Shown: one piece after another, positions 19,209 through 29,254 of the stretch
Layout: the number at the start of each line of letters is the position of its first letter
How positions within the stretch are numbered: the first letter of the stretch is position 1
Assembly: GCA_965601925.1 (NCBI GenBank)
Contig: OZ271854.1
Coordinates: forward strand, 3,520,001-3,584,000
DNA length: 64,000 nucleotides
Source of the DNA: Alkalispirochaeta sp.
GTDB lineage: Bacteria; Spirochaetota; Spirochaetia; DSM-27196; Alkalispirochaetaceae
Direction of reading: 5' to 3'
Program-made: the position numbers and the translations under genes
Notes under the pieces: generated by a model
What the model was told of the DNA's origin: nothing
Seen by the model: the letters and a program-made list of their open reading frames with translations, nothing else
Database searches by the model: none

Positions 19209-19711
19209 TACGAACCTTGCATCCCGTACAACGGAAACGAGACTCTCATACCGCCTATCGCCTCCACGGTACGAAAGTCGGTAAGAGCACGGACATACAC
19301 CGACGGAATGAACACGGGACGTTCAAAGGCGATGATTGAAAAAAATGCGAAGGGAAAATAGAAAATGTCGATCTCACCCACCGCATACAGCGAGGTTTCA
19401 CCGTCTTCCATATCAACCGCTATCCCGGGGTTGAGCAAACCGAAGATCGACATTCCGGTTACCGTGACTCGATGACGGCCTTCCGCCGGAATTATCTCGT
19501 ATCCGCCCTCGAAGGAGGTAAGGCTCACGGCCCGGCGACGCGCAAAGTCGAACGTCTTGATCGATGCACCGTATGACGACCCCGCGTACTCATCCGAAAA
19601 CGCCGAAAAGAGGGAAGGCATGACCAGGGTCGTGTGACTGTCGGGTGATTGCTCTTCAGCGCCGAGAAGACTTGAAAAGAATATCAGCACGCCGACGACG
19701 CTGGAACGCAC
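19208..19711 (-). CDS. Hypothetical exported protein
   Basis: Signal-peptide-like N-terminus, beta-rich sequence. Confidence 0.55.
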   Translation of the reverse strand: MRSSVVGVLIFFSSLLGAEEQSPDSHTTLVMPSLFSAFSDEYAGSSYGASIKTFDFARRRAVSLTSFEGGYEIIPAEGRHRVTVTGMSIFGLLNPGIAVDMEDGETSLYAVGEIDIFYFPFAFFSIIAFERPVFIPSVYVRALTDFRTVEAIGGMRVSFPLYGMQGS

Positions 19712-19873
19712 GACGACGATTATAACACGGTGCAGTTCGATGATCCGGCCTATGATTTCCCCGGTATGAAATGACGTGGAACGGCACCATCGCTCCTCCG
19801 CCGCACCGTCTATTCCTACCGCACGACATCCCGGGAGGGCGACGTGTCGATACGCATCCGCGGGCCAAAAAGA

Positions 19874-19921
19874 TTGACCGATTAATTGGTAAGTGTTAAC
19901 TTACGGTAAGTTGTGACTTAC
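19874..19921 (+). promoter_or_regulatory. Promoter with two tandem ArsR-type operators
   Basis: TTGACC-17 nt-TAACTT; GTAAGT-N4-ACTTAC at 19889-19904 and again at 19906-19921. Confidence 0.7.
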
Positions 19922-20227
19922 GGAATAGTATTTGAGTGCATTGCCGACTCGACGCGACGGGAGATCCTCGCCATCCTCAAAGGCGGTGAGCTACCGGTGG
20001 GCGCAATCGCGACGCGCGTGTCCGTGAGTCGTCCGGCCGTATCGCAACATCTTCGGATACTTGCCGATGCACGACTCGTCGTTCGCAGACGGGAGGGGAC
20101 GCGGAACTACTATCGTCTCGAGCGATACGGATTTGATCGGATAAAGGCGTATGCAGAGGAGTTTTGGGATGATGTACTGCGCTCGTACTCGGCCGCAGCG
20201 AAAGGAGACTGTCATGACGACGATTGA
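19913..20227 (+). CDS. ArsR/SmtB family transcriptional regulator
   Basis: IADSTRREIL, SRPAVSQHLRIL, RREGTRNYY. Confidence 0.9.
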   Translation: MTYGIVFECIADSTRREILAILKGGELPVGAIATRVSVSRPAVSQHLRILADARLVVRRREGTRNYYRLERYGFDRIKAYAEEFWDDVLRSYSAAAKGDCHDDD

Positions 20228-20666
20228 ACCGATCCGTAAAACGGTCCGCGTGGCGCTGACGCCCTCAGACGCCTATGCATTGTTCACCGAACGGATCGAT
20301 AGCTGGTGGCCCATCGCCTCCCATTCGGTCGGTGGCGAGCGCGCCCGTACCGTTGTATTGGAACCGGGAATCGGTGGACGAGTCTATGAGGTACTCGACG
20401 ACGGAACGGAATCGGACTGGGGACGCATCACCGCGTGGGACGTCCCGGCGATGGTTGCGTTTACGTGGCACCCCGGGAGACCGGTCGATACCGCCGGGGT
20501 CGTGACGGTCGAGTTCGTCGCCGAAGGGCGGGAGACGGTGGTAACGTTGACCCACGACGGTTGGGAACGGCTCGGCGAGAGCGCTACGGAGATACGCAGT
20601 GGGTACGACACGGGATGGGACTTTGTGTTCGGGCAACGGTTCGCCGCCGCCGCCGACGGTCGGTAA
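20214..20666 (+). CDS. SRPBCC/AHSA1 (START-like) domain protein
   Basis: AAGGAG RBS, FTERIDSWW, VTLTHDGWE, YDTGW; usual partner of ArsR. Confidence 0.85.
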   Translation: MTTIEPIRKTVRVALTPSDAYALFTERIDSWWPIASHSVGGERARTVVLEPGIGGRVYEVLDDGTESDWGRITAWDVPAMVAFTWHPGRPVDTAGVVTVEFVAEGRETVVTLTHDGWERLGESATEIRSGYDTGWDFVFGQRFAAAADGR

Positions 20667-20980
20667 AGACGGCGTCCGACCGACGCCCACGACAGTTGCT
20701 ATAACGCCGCCGACCGTCGACGCTCGTGGTTTCTCCTTTCCACGGGTACGGCCCTTCGGGCCGAGGAATGCAAACAATGGCGTCTTGTCGGCAATCGTAT
20801 CCTCCCCGGGACGTTCTTGTTATACGGAATGAATGTATCGATATGTATCTCGCGAATGATTGTTGCTCGGCGTATTATTGTTCTATGCTGTAGCTAACTA
20901 CCCCTACCGCTTCCGTGTGTAGAGGCGCCAAAAATAGTCTCCAAAACTTGCGTAAATTATACTGTACTCGGAGTGTAGCA

Positions 20981-22741
20981 ATGCATATTGAATCTGATAC
21001 CGTGCCCCCGTTCGCCGAAGCGAACGCCCATGCCGGCGCGCGTACCCCTGAGGCGGTGATTGCCGCGGCACGTACCGCATGGGAGCGATCTCTCGAAGCA
21101 CCTGAGGAGGCCGAGCGCGCGCTTCAGAAGCTCCTCGTCGAGCCCGTGGTGAAGGCGCATCCGTATGCGAGGGCGCTCCTTCTGCGGGTACAGTGTTATC
21201 TCGAGGTGTGGCGCGGTGACACTCATGCGGCGTATGCCAGCGGCGTAGAGGCGGAGCGCTTGCTCGAAGCGGCGACCGACGATATCGAGGACGACTCCAA
21301 TGAGTTGGCCCTCGATAAAGCGACCGTTGCCTATCTATTAAGCACCATCGCGCTCATGATCGGGTCGTTCGACCGAGCGTTCCATTACGGCTCCGAGAGC
21401 CTTAGGCAGGCCGAAGCCGCCGGAGAGACTCGTTGGATCGCCTGGGCGCACGATGCGTTGAGCGCCTTTTATCTGGAGACCGGTGAGCTCGATGCGGCGG
21501 AGACCGAAGCGTGTGCCGCCCTCGACCGATTCGATGCCATAGGCTACGACGTCGGCCGGATCAGGATGCTGGGTCGTCTCGGCGATTTGGCGGCAAAAAA
21601 ACGGGACTGGGAAGGTTCGATCGGCTATTATCGTCGGGGGCTCGAAGTTCCCGGTCTACCGGCGCGTATGGTCCACTTCTCGCGCATCGGCTACGCGTCG
21701 GCTCTGGTCGAACTCAACCGTCTCGAGGAGGCCCAGAGCGTCTTCGAGGTCGCGTTCGCCGAGGAACACGGCGACGACGTCGGCTCCGCTACGTTGCGCA
21801 TCGGCTACGCGGCGCTGCTGCGCAAGGAGAAGCGACCTCACGAGGCGATCGAGCAGTTGCTCAATGCGTGGGATAAGGCGTCCAAGCAAGACCTTGCCGC
21901 CGAAAAGGATCGCATCTGCCGCGAGCTGTCCGAAGTCTACGAAGAAGACGGAAATGCGGTCCAGGCGCTCGCGTGGGCGCGGCGATACCAACAAGCGCAT
22001 GAGGAGTTCTTTGAGCAGGAACGGGCGCGAGATCTCCGTAACGCCCAAGTGCGGATCGCCGTAGAACGGAGCCGGGCGGAGGCCGATTGGGAGCGACGCA
22101 AAAACACCGAAATCGAGGAGTTGTTACACAACATACTGCCCATCAGTGTCGCCCGGGAGCTTCGCGAAACGGGAAGGGCCGAACCGATTTTGCACCCGGA
22201 GGTCACCGTCCTGTTTGCCGATTTCGTCAACTTTACAGCGCACGCGGCGACACTTTCACCTACCGAGCTGGTCGATACCTTGAACCGCGCCTTTACGCGG
22301 TTTGACGGCGTCATCGAGTACCACGGATTGGAGAAGCTCAAAACCATGGGTGATGCGTACATGGCGGTAAGCGGCGCGCCCGAAGCGAGGAACGACCACG
22401 CCGTTCGGCTCGCCCGAGCCGCTCACGATATGATTGACGTGGCCGCCGACTTGCGCGTCGAACTCGGAACCGGCGATGCGTGGCACCTTAGGATCGGGAT
22501 GCACTCGGGACCGATCGTCGCCGGAGTCGTCGGGCAGATAAAGTTCGCCTACGATATTTGGGGAAGTACCGTCAATCTTGCAAGTCGTTTGGAAGAGGCG
22601 AGTCTCCCCGATCGGATCACCGTAAGCGCGCATACCGCCGAGCTCTTGAGGGAGGCATTCGAGATTTCCCACAACGGTACGGTCGAGCTCAAAGGTGCGG
22701 GGCGGCAAGATATCTATCTGGTGGGCGACCCGCTGGAGTAG
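20981..22741 (+). CDS. TPR-repeat class III adenylate/guanylate cyclase
   Basis: Helical repeats, then LLHNILP, VLFADFVNFT, KTMGDAYM, YDIWGSTVNLASRLE. Confidence 0.9.
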   Translation: MHIESDTVPPFAEANAHAGARTPEAVIAAARTAWERSLEAPEEAERALQKLLVEPVVKAHPYARALLLRVQCYLEVWRGDTHAAYASGVEAERLLEAATDDIEDDSNELALDKATVAYLLSTIALMIGSFDRAFHYGSESLRQAEAAGETRWIAWAHDALSAFYLETGELDAAETEACAALDRFDAIGYDVGRIRMLGRLGDLAAKKRDWEGSIGYYRRGLEVPGLPARMVHFSRIGYASALVELNRLEEAQSVFEVAFAEEHGDDVGSATLRIGYAALLRKEKRPHEAIEQLLNAWDKASKQDLAAEKDRICRELSEVYEEDGNAVQALAWARRYQQAHEEFFEQERARDLRNAQVRIAVERSRAEADWERRKNTEIEELLHNILPISVARELRETGRAEPILHPEVTVLFADFVNFTAHAATLSPTELVDTLNRAFTRFDGVIEYHGLEKLKTMGDAYMAVSGAPEARNDHAVRLARAAHDMIDVAADLRVELGTGDAWHLRIGMHSGPIVAGVVGQIKFAYDIWGSTVNLASRLEEASLPDRITVSAHTAELLREAFEISHNGTVELKGAGRQDIYLVGDPLE

Positions 22742-22817
22742 GCGACGCACCACCGCCCCGCGGCGGTGCGACTCTATCCCGGTACCGTACGGCGGACCCG
22801 TCGTCCGAAAGCTGCCG

Positions 22818-23471
22818 TTACGGGTCCGGCTCGTATTTCACCGTGCAATCGCCGATAAGATTGAGCCCCACCAGTTCTACCTCCAGAGGAGGTTGCGCAG
22901 TGCCGTGAGACGTCGGGGGATAGGAGCGGTCGCGACGTTTTTTTCTGCGCCGCTTCGTCCGTGAGTCGCCGAGCAACACCCCGATGCGCCGGTTTACCGA
23001 TGCGTTCGCCGGCACGTAGACGGTTACGTCACCGACTATGCCGACGTGTACGATCCTGACCCGATTGAAACGATGAGCCACATCGGTAAGATCGATACGC
23101 ACGTCGCCGAGGATGGAGATCACCGTGTTGATCGGCGTACCAATATCGATACCGGCGATCGATTTGTCACCGATCAGGTTGATGTGTCTACTCGAACCCG
23201 ATCGCAATTCGTGCCGTTCGACTGCGAGGTGCGGTCGTTCATTCGTCGAATGTAGAAACGAGATCGTATCGGGAGGAAAGTCGTATACGACGCGCCGGAG
23301 CGCCTCGACGGAGGTCGCTTCCTGGACGAGCGCAAGACGGCGCTCAAGCTCTTCCATCTCGATCTCGTTTTCCGTATACGCGTCGCTGAGTACCTCTTCT
23401 ACCCGTGAGCGGAGTTTCGGTAATCCGTAGACCGTGTGTCCCGCCCGTTCCGGCGGATGTTCGTTTTTCAT
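22818..23471 (-). CDS. DUF1707/LiaF-like protein
   Basis: N-terminal 'LSDAYTENEIEMEELERRL' plus a C-terminal beta-repeat (GDVRIDL). Confidence 0.7.
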   Translation of the reverse strand: MKNEHPPERAGHTVYGLPKLRSRVEEVLSDAYTENEIEMEELERRLALVQEATSVEALRRVVYDFPPDTISFLHSTNERPHLAVERHELRSGSSRHINLIGDKSIAGIDIGTPINTVISILGDVRIDLTDVAHRFNRVRIVHVGIVGDVTVYVPANASVNRRIGVLLGDSRTKRRRKKRRDRSYPPTSHGTAQPPLEVELVGLNLIGDCTVKYEPDP

Positions 23472-23711
23472 AGAACGACCGATATGATACGGCGTCGTTT
23501 GAGGCTATGACAAGCGCGATCGCCGTACTCGTCGCTAATCCGGATGTGATCCTCTCGATCGCACGTGCCGTGCAAAACCTCGAAGGCTTCATGGTATCAA
23601 CGACCTCGTTGAACGAACCGCCGTAACTGCGTATCTGTGAATGAGCGACCGACGTAACACACCGGAAGGTCGTCACCGAGCGACGCGCGTGTCGTCTATC
23701 CTGTGGCCCGA

Positions 23712-24212
23712 TTACCCTCGGGATCGAGGCGATCCGTATCCGGTCCCCAAGGCGTCGTTACGACGGAGCACCCTCGATTGCGTTTCGATATTCGTAGTCC
23801 GCTGGGCCCCGGGATGCTGGTCGTTCACCTGCAGTAGGTCCCATAGGTTTCCGTATAGATCTTGAAATACCGCTACCGTGCCGTACGGGGCGTGCTTGGG
23901 CTCTCTCACGAACACAACGCCGCGGGAGAGCATCTCGTGGTAGTCCCTCCAGAAGTTATCGGTGTTGAGAAACAAAAAGACCCTTCCGCCGGTTTGATCT
24001 CCGATACGAGTCTTTTGTTCGGCCGTCGAAGCCTTTGCCAGAAGAAGTGTCGTTCCGGTCGAGCCCGGCGGTGCGACCACGACCCAGCGTTTGTCCTGCT
24101 CCGGCTGGTAGGTATCGTCTACCAACGTGAAGTTGAGAGTCTTCGTGTAAAAGTCGATCGCCTCGTCGTAGTCTTCGACGACCAATGCGACGTGGATGAT
24201 TGATTGGTGCAT
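23712..24212 (-). CDS. VOC/glyoxalase family protein
   Basis: VALVVEDYDEAIDFY, GDQTGGRVFLFL, FQDLYGNLWDL. Confidence 0.9.
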   Translation of the reverse strand: MHQSIIHVALVVEDYDEAIDFYTKTLNFTLVDDTYQPEQDKRWVVVAPPGSTGTTLLLAKASTAEQKTRIGDQTGGRVFLFLNTDNFWRDYHEMLSRGVVFVREPKHAPYGTVAVFQDLYGNLWDLLQVNDQHPGAQRTTNIETQSRVLRRNDALGTGYGSPRSRG

Positions 24213-24309
24213 CGTTTCGCTCCCGTGACACCGTCGACCGCGACGCGTTCCCGTCGTTCCTACGTGACGGTCGTCCGACCCGCGCCCCTTTTCGCGTTCC
24301 GCTCAAGCC

Positions 24310-24657
24310 TCAGCCGGGCTGCTCCATGCCCTCGAGAACTCTGCGCTCTTCCGCGCTTCGCTCTACGAGGCGGTCGCAGACGATAGTGCAAAGGGCTTGA
24401 ATCGAGGGATCCTTAATACGGTAGTAGGCGTTGAGTCCTTGTTTACGCCGGGCGACGAAATCCTCGCGTGCCAGGAGATTGAGATGCTTGCTCACGTTCG
24501 CTTGGTGCTGTCCCGACGCCTCCACCAGTTCTCGGACGGTCATCTCTCCGGTGTTGATAAGGTGCATCAAAAGTTGTAGACGACTTAGTTCACCGAGCGT
24601 CTTAAATCGTCGGGCGATGCGGCTGAGGAGTTCGTCTGAGAAGTCGTAACGTGCCAT
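24310..24657 (-). CDS. ArsR family regulator, probable sulfur/persulfide sensor
   Basis: wHTH (QANVSKHL, RRKQG), C-terminal LCTIVC; divergent from the sulfur operon. Confidence 0.85.
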   Translation of the reverse strand: MARYDFSDELLSRIARRFKTLGELSRLQLLMHLINTGEMTVRELVEASGQHQANVSKHLNLLAREDFVARRKQGLNAYYRIKDPSIQALCTIVCDRLVERSAEERRVLEGMEQPG

Positions 24658-24809
24658 GGCAACAGTAACAAGATAGGGCAGATTCCCGGGCGAATCAAAT
24701 CGCAATACAGGGCTTGTCGTCGACAGCAATATATTACTAAATTACTAATCAGTTGTATAACGAACATAAGTCTTTGTGAAAAGACACGTATCGATACGGG
24801 AGGTTTCGT

Positions 24810-26267
24810 ATGTTGTTTCGCATGCTCTACGACGAGAAGCTGGCTCAAGCGTCGTATCTCATCGGGTGTCAGCGCACCGAAGAGGCGATTGTGATCGATC
24901 CGGAACGCGATGTGGAGCGCTATCTCGACGTAGCGGCAGGAGAGGGGATGAACATTGTCGCCGTCGCGGAGACCCATATCCACGCCGACTTTCTCTCCGG
25001 CGCACGAGAGTTGGCGGAGAAGACCGGCGCTCTGTTATACCTTTCCGATGAGGGGGACGCGGACTGGAAGTACCGCTGGCTCGACAAGAGATCGGATGGT
25101 GGTAGCTACGATCATCGATTGGTAGTCGACGGCGATCGATTTCAAGTGGGAAATATCCACTTTGAAGTACTCTCCACACCGGGGCATACGCCGGAACACA
25201 TCAGTTTTCTCGTGACCGATCGGGGCGGGGGTGCCTCCGAGCCGATGGGCATTGCGACCGGGGATTTCGTCTTTGTGGGAGACGTAGGACGACCCGATCT
25301 CTTAGAGACCGCCGCCGGCGTGTCCGGCGCCAAGGAGGAGTCCGCCCGGACGCTGTATCGCTCCCTTCAGCGATTCAAGGAGTTGCCCGATTATCTCCAA
25401 GTTTGGCCGGGCCATGGTGCCGGTAGCGCGTGCGGTAAGGCGTTGGGGGCGGTCCCCCAGTCGACGGTCGGTTACGAGAAGCGTTTCAATCCGGCGATCG
25501 GTTCCGCTGAAGACGAAGGCCGTTTCCTCCATGAGGTCTTGCACGGTCAGACCGAGCCTCCTCTTTACTTCACGCGCATGAAGCGGGAAAACAAAGAGGG
25601 GCCGGCGCTGCTGGGGACACCCCCGACGCCCGCCCTCGTGCGTGTTGAGGCGATACAGGCGGCACGACGGGGTGGGGCGGTCGTACTGGATACGCGTGCG
25701 TGGGAGCTCTTTTCTCAAGGTCACCTCGACGGATCTCTCTATGCGCCGCTCCTCGGCTCCTTTCCCACCGTGGCCGGCTCCTACATCGACGATCCCACGA
25801 CGCCGATCTACCTCGTGATCGAGAACGAACGCGTCGATGAGGCCGTAATCGATTTGATTCGGATCGGACTTGACAACGTGGTCGGCTACATCGTTCCCGA
25901 TGCGATAACCGAGTGGGCAAAGAGGGGCGATGCGAAGCGAACGGCGAGTATGCATATCACCGATCTAGCGTCCGATCCTCTTCCGGCGGACGCGTTGATC
26001 CTGGACGTGCGGCGCGCCGATGAGTACGAGTCGGGACACATCGACGGAGCGCTCAATATCGCCCACACCCATATCGTGAAGCGGTTGGACGATGTCCCCC
26101 GGGATCGACCGCTCTTTGTCCACTGTAGAACGGACAATCGCTCGGCCCATGCGACGGCGCTCCTGCAGAGTCGCGGCTACGACGTGACCCATCTGCGGGG
26201 TGGAATAACGGCGTGGTTGGCCGCGTCCGGCGAGGTTACGGTACCGAAATCGGTCAAGATTCCATGA
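24810..26267 (+). CDS. Persulfide dioxygenase-rhodanese fusion (CstB-like MBL fold)
   Basis: ETHIHADF, TPGHTPEH, GDVGRPDL, PGHGAGSACGK, two rhodanese domains (active HCRTDNRS). Confidence 0.9.
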   Translation: MLFRMLYDEKLAQASYLIGCQRTEEAIVIDPERDVERYLDVAAGEGMNIVAVAETHIHADFLSGARELAEKTGALLYLSDEGDADWKYRWLDKRSDGGSYDHRLVVDGDRFQVGNIHFEVLSTPGHTPEHISFLVTDRGGGASEPMGIATGDFVFVGDVGRPDLLETAAGVSGAKEESARTLYRSLQRFKELPDYLQVWPGHGAGSACGKALGAVPQSTVGYEKRFNPAIGSAEDEGRFLHEVLHGQTEPPLYFTRMKRENKEGPALLGTPPTPALVRVEAIQAARRGGAVVLDTRAWELFSQGHLDGSLYAPLLGSFPTVAGSYIDDPTTPIYLVIENERVDEAVIDLIRIGLDNVVGYIVPDAITEWAKRGDAKRTASMHITDLASDPLPADALILDVRRADEYESGHIDGALNIAHTHIVKRLDDVPRDRPLFVHCRTDNRSAHATALLQSRGYDVTHLRGGITAWLAASGEVTVPKSVKIP

Positions 26268-28015
26268 GACGAGCCATTCGCGTCCTCGAGTGGCTCCCCG
26301 GCTACCGGAGGGAGAACCTCCGGGGCGATATCGCGGCCGGTCTGACCGTCGCGGTCATGTTGATTCCGCAAGGCATGGCCTACGCCCTCCTGGCGGGATT
26401 GCCGCCGATCGTAGGGCTTTACGCCTCGCTGGTCCCGATTTTGGTCTACGCCCTTCTGGGAACCTCACGGCAGTTAGCCGTCGGGCCGGTCGCCATTGTG
26501 TCGCTCATGGTGGCCTCGGCGTTGGAGGGTCTCGCCGAGGCGGGAACGCCGCACTACGTCGCCCTTGCGGCTCTCCTGGCCGGAATGGTGGGTCTCGTAC
26601 AGCTCGCGATGGGCGTGGCGCGCCTTGGCTTTTTGGTCAATGTGCTGGCACATCCGGTCATCACCGGGTTCACATCCGCGGCGGCCTTTATCATCGGATT
26701 CAGTCAACTCGGCCACCTGTTGGGAATCGAGCTGCCCCGTACGCATCGCGTCGATGCGATTCTGTTATCGGCCCTCGGCACCATCGGTGCGACGCACCTC
26801 GCAACGTTCTTTATCGGAGTTGCGGGAATCGTGGCACTCGTCATGCTCAAGCGCCGGAGGCCCATGTTTCCCGCGCCGATCGTCGTCGTGATACTGGGTA
26901 CTCTTGCGACGGCGGTCTTCCGATTGGATCTACTCGGCGTCGCGGTGGTTGGAGAAGTTCCCCGGGGGCTGCCGACCGTCACGGTTCCCGATTTTGCTGC
27001 GATCGGCGGCCCTACCTTCCAAGCACTCGTTCCGGCGGCTCTCGCGATTGCACTGGTGGGATTCATGGAGTCGATCGCCGTGGCCAAGTCCTTTGCGGCG
27101 CGTAACGGCTACACGGTAAACGCCGACAGGGAGCTCTCGGCTCTGGGCGCGGCGAACCTGGCGGCGCTCTTTTTCGGCGGATATCCGGTTACCGGCGGCT
27201 TCTCCCGCACCGCTGTGAACGCTCAAGCGGGATCTCGGACACCCCTCTCTTCGATCGTGACGGCGGGAATGATAGGGGCGACGCTCCTCGTACTGACGCC
27301 CGTATTTACCTTTCTTCCCAACGCACTATTGGCCTCGCTCATTATGGTTGCCGTCGCGAACTTGATCGACGTCGAAGAGATACGTCGCCTGATACGAATG
27401 AGGTCGCCGGATCTTGTACTCCTACTTGTTGCATTTATTGCGACCCTCAGCCTCGGAATGGAGTTAGGTGTGCTCGCGGCGGTCGGCGTCTCTCTGATCC
27501 TGGTGATCTACCGCAGCACGCGACCCCATTCGGCGGTATTGGGACGGTTGCCGGGCACGCAGATCTTTCGAAATGTTGCACGATATCCGGAAGCGGAGAC
27601 CTTTCCGGGGCTCCTTGTCTTTCGTATCGATGCCGACCTCTATTTTGCCAATGTCGCGGTCTTTGCCGAACGAGTGCGGGCTGCCGAGGCGGATCACGGC
27701 TCGGGACTCGACGCCGTTGTGTTCGACTGTCGGAGTATCAGCTATATTGACTCCACCGGAGAGCGGGTCTTACGAGAGGTCGTTTCCGACCTCAAATCGA
27801 GGATGGTTGAGGTCGCCTTCGCGAATGTAAAGGGTCCGGTTCGAGATATGCTGGAGCGGTCCGGTTTCCGCCGATTCGTCGGGGAGGCGCGTTTCTTCCG
27901 TTCCAACGGCGAAGCGGTGGAGCATTACCTTGCTCGACGGGCGTCCGGTGCGGACGTCCGGTGCCGTTCGACACGTGTAGATGTGCGTAACACGATGGAG
28001 GTACGACATGACTGA
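26264..28015 (+). CDS. SulP family anion permease with STAS domain
   Basis: GDIAAGLTVAVMLIPQGMAYA, GTSRQLAVGP, GGFSRTAVN, STAS (DADLYFAN, IDSTG). Confidence 0.95.
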   Translation: MRRAIRVLEWLPGYRRENLRGDIAAGLTVAVMLIPQGMAYALLAGLPPIVGLYASLVPILVYALLGTSRQLAVGPVAIVSLMVASALEGLAEAGTPHYVALAALLAGMVGLVQLAMGVARLGFLVNVLAHPVITGFTSAAAFIIGFSQLGHLLGIELPRTHRVDAILLSALGTIGATHLATFFIGVAGIVALVMLKRRRPMFPAPIVVVILGTLATAVFRLDLLGVAVVGEVPRGLPTVTVPDFAAIGGPTFQALVPAALAIALVGFMESIAVAKSFAARNGYTVNADRELSALGAANLAALFFGGYPVTGGFSRTAVNAQAGSRTPLSSIVTAGMIGATLLVLTPVFTFLPNALLASLIMVAVANLIDVEEIRRLIRMRSPDLVLLLVAFIATLSLGMELGVLAAVGVSLILVIYRSTRPHSAVLGRLPGTQIFRNVARYPEAETFPGLLVFRIDADLYFANVAVFAERVRAAEADHGSGLDAVVFDCRSISYIDSTGERVLREVVSDLKSRMVEVAFANVKGPVRDMLERSGFRRFVGEARFFRSNGEAVEHYLARRASGADVRCRSTRVDVRNTMEVRHD

Positions 28016-28502
28016 GGTCATTGTATGGAGCGGCGCGTTCGGCGGACTCGCCGTTGGGATTTATGCGCTCTTTCAGTTTTTTGTGACGGGAAAGATTCTA
28101 GGAGTCTCTTCGGGCTACGGAAACATATGCGGCTATCTTTCCCGAACGTCCTTTTTCCACGAGGGGCCGTGGAAGAGTCTCAATAACTGGCGCCTTTGGT
28201 TCTTGATAGGGCTTCCTCTGGGGGGGCTCCTGGCCGCTCTTACCAGTCCCGGTGAGATCGCACTTAGCTTCTCCCTCGGATCGCTTTACGACTCGGTCAT
28301 CCCGTCGCAGCTGTGGATACGGGGCCTCATCCTCGCCGGTGGCGGCGTCATGATCGGCTACGGCTCGCGCATGGCCGGCGGATGTACCAGCGGCCACAGC
28401 ATCGGGGGCATTGCGCTTCTCAATCCTCCGAGTGTCGTGGCGTCGATTGGTTTTTTCATCGGCGGTATCGCTGCCGTGCAACTCCTCTTTCGCGTATTGT
28501 AG
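28008..28502 (+). CDS. YeeE/YedE family sulfur transporter subunit
   Basis: GYGSRMAGGCTSGH motif; GGAGG RBS. Confidence 0.88.
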   Translation: MTEVIVWSGAFGGLAVGIYALFQFFVTGKILGVSSGYGNICGYLSRTSFFHEGPWKSLNNWRLWFLIGLPLGGLLAALTSPGEIALSFSLGSLYDSVIPSQLWIRGLILAGGGVMIGYGSRMAGGCTSGHSIGGIALLNPPSVVASIGFFIGGIAAVQLLFRVL

Positions 28503-28514
28503 AGGCACATCGTC

Positions 28515-29015
28515 ATGCAGAAGTATCTTTTTCTTCCCATGGGCATCGTCTTCGGATTCATCTTGAGCCGCGCCGGTGCTACAACGTACGACTTTTACGC
28601 CGAACTCTTTCTCTTCCGTGACCTTCAACTTTTGTGGGTCATCGCGGTAGCCGCTTCGGTAGGAGCCGCCGGCATCGCCGTCCTGAAGGTCGCCGGCGCG
28701 CGCGCACTGCTCGACGGCACGGCCCTCTCTTTTCAAGGTAAACCCTACACTCGATCTCTGGTGCCCGGTTCGCTCCTTTTCGGCCTCGGATGGGGACTCG
28801 CCGGAGCCTGCCCCGGGACGGTCTTGGTCATGCTCGGCGAGGGAAAACTGGGAGCACTCTTTACGATCGCCGGTATCACCTTGGGCACCTATCTCTATGG
28901 CGTGTCACATACTCCCAAAGGGAACCCGGCCGGCGACTCGCCATGGGCCTCTGTGCTAACCACAGAGAGCCGAGCGAAGACCGAACGGGGTTACGGAGGA
29001 GTTTCCACTTCATGA
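28515..29015 (+). CDS. YeeE/YedE family sulfur transporter subunit
   Basis: FGLGWGLAGACPG motif. Confidence 0.88.
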   Translation: MQKYLFLPMGIVFGFILSRAGATTYDFYAELFLFRDLQLLWVIAVAASVGAAGIAVLKVAGARALLDGTALSFQGKPYTRSLVPGSLLFGLGWGLAGACPGTVLVMLGEGKLGALFTIAGITLGTYLYGVSHTPKGNPAGDSPWASVLTTESRAKTERGYGGVSTS

Positions 29016-29254
29016 TACGGTAAAACGCGAAAGCTGCGCGCCGCCGCGACGAGTCGCCGGGGAAGCGTTAATGCCACGAACACCGGGTTTCGTACGAAAC
29101 GGGCGCGTTCGTATGAAGTCGTATCACCATCTCCCCCGAGAGGAGCGATACCGGATGATTCGCCCCGAGGCCACCGGCCCTCACCGCCGGTTCCTCTGCC
29201 ATGCGAACCATCGGGTCATGATCCGGACATCCCCACCGGGATAGGAGACTGTAG

